DNA of 64,000 nucleotides from Chloroflexota bacterium. GTDB lineage: Bacteria > Chloroflexota > UBA6077 > JAJPHF01. The notes under the pieces are model-generated. The model saw only the letters and a program-made list of their open reading frames with translations. It was not told the origin of the DNA and made no database searches. Position numbers and translations under genes: made by a program. The stretch covers positions 994 through 64,993 of the forward strand of contig DATGKN010000092.1 of the NCBI GenBank assembly GCA_035294645.1, read 5' to 3'. Positions within the stretch are counted from its first letter, which is position 1, and every line of letters begins with the position of its first letter. Below are positions 63,428-64,000 of the stretch, in pieces.

Positions 63428-64000
63428 TCACCGCCGAACCTCCGACACGGCCGCTGTGGCAGGGACCGAGTCGAGCGGGGCGGCGAGCCGCGTGCCCCAC
63501 TCCAGGTAGGGACGAATGGCGCCGGCCCACGGCCCCGGGTACTCGCCGCGCACGCCGCCGGTGTCGATCACATCGAAGGCGACCGCGTCGTGGACCCAGG
63601 CGTGGATCGCGTGGGGGTTCCAGCGCCCGACTGCCGCGTGCACCGTGATGCGGCCGCTGTTCAGGAAATTGCCCGGGATGGTGCACAGGCTGCGATACAG
63701 GCCAGCCGGCCGCGGGCGGCAGCCCCAGGTCGGCTCCAGGTTGTCGTGGCTGGCGAACAGATAGGTGCCCTGGGCGTCGTACAGGTGGATATTGGCGATC
63801 AGGGGCTCGCCCGCCTTCAGATTCCAGTACTCCAGTTCGATGGCGAACGGCTGCTGGATGTCCACGCTGGCCGTGCAGGCGCCCGCGGCGTCCAGCACGC
63901 GCACGGCGCGCAGGCGGGCGATGTGGTTGCCGGGGGCCGTCGCGAGGTCGGGCCAGCAGCGCTCCGCCCCGAGCCGCTGGTTGGCGCGCAGGTACGTGGC
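63428..64000 (-). CDS. polysaccharide ABC exporter ATP-binding protein (Wzt-type), C-terminal glycan-binding domain only; 5' part beyond window
   Basis: The frame stays open to the window edge (my translation upstream of the ORF-track GTG: ATYLRANQRLGAERCWPDLATAPGNHIARLRAVRVLDA...). Beta-sandwich-like sequence (FAIELEYWNLKAGEPLIANIHLYDAQGTYLF...VAFDVID), as in Wzt C-terminal domains. Confidence 0.65.
   Translation of the reverse strand, partial: ATYLRANQRLGAERCWPDLATAPGNHIARLRAVRVLDAAGACTASVDIQQPFAIELEYWNLKAGEPLIANIHLYDAQGTYLFASHDNLEPTWGCRPRPAGLYRSLCTIPGNFLNSGRITVHAAVGRWNPHAIHAWVHDAVAFDVIDTGGVRGEYPGPWAGAIRPYLEWGTRLAAPLDSVPATAAVSEVRR

Noticed and set aside
1-64000. CRISPR arrays, IS elements, toxin-antitoxin pairs and recognisable defence systems
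   Set aside because: I found no spaced direct repeats, no transposase, integrase or recombinase-like ORFs, and no nuclease/helicase/ATPase gene sets typical of defence islands. Every supported ORF fits metabolism, transport or glycan assembly.

Overview
High-GC (about 70% by eye) bacterial chromosomal window. I saw no rRNA, CRISPR array, transposase, integrase or phage module. All function calls come from reading the translated ORFs for family motifs. No database search was possible, so family names are recognition-level calls. Start codons were re-picked by hand using SD-like runs and stop/start overlaps. Many ORF-track entries carry spurious N-terminal extensions or are antisense artefacts of the GC content.

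Layout:
(1) 1-8091, minus strand: a nine-gene uptake and catabolism operon behind a near-consensus promoter. It holds two luciferase-like (LLM) oxidoreductases, an amidohydrolase_2 enzyme, a five-component HAAT/Liv-type ABC importer and an alpha/beta hydrolase.
(2) 8329-8491: a stand-alone tRNA-Leu(CAG) with its own promoter and intrinsic terminator, followed by a DUF3237 gene.
(3) 9017-12513, minus strand: a GntR-HTH/PBP_like regulator followed by tupABC-like tungstate ABC uptake genes. It lies divergent to a strong plus-strand promoter, a structured leader, a small exported ORF and an oxalate/formate-antiporter-family MFS transporter.
(4) 14551-20892: aldehyde dehydrogenase, rpsO, a holin_4_2-family membrane protein, a second amidohydrolase_2, gentisate 1,2-dioxygenase and a BBE-type FAD oxidase.
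(5) 21126-64000, about 43 kb, continuing past the window edge: one uninterrupted minus-strand glycan-assembly island of 42 CDSs.
- Assembly and export: a Wzz/BY-kinase, a priming phosphoglycosyl transferase, 8 GT4, 6 GT2 and 2 GT-C glycosyltransferases, a Wzy/WaaL-like membrane protein and the C-terminal part of a Wzt-type ABC ATPase.
- Tailoring: 4 methyltransferases (one C-methyltransferase type, one fused to a ParB/Srx-like domain and lower in GC), a carbamoyltransferase flanked by three tiny membrane proteins, a radical SAM enzyme with an HTH-like N-terminus, LbH acyltransferase, SGNH hydrolase, CE4 deacetylase and NUDIX.
- Nucleotide-sugar genes: a CDP-glucose-based sub-cluster (RfbF) with a PhyH-like dioxygenase, a second nucleotidyltransferase, an RmlC-like epimerase, an APH-like kinase and a SAF-domain oxidoreductase.

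The most unusual items are inside this island. None can be called a new system without searches and experiments.
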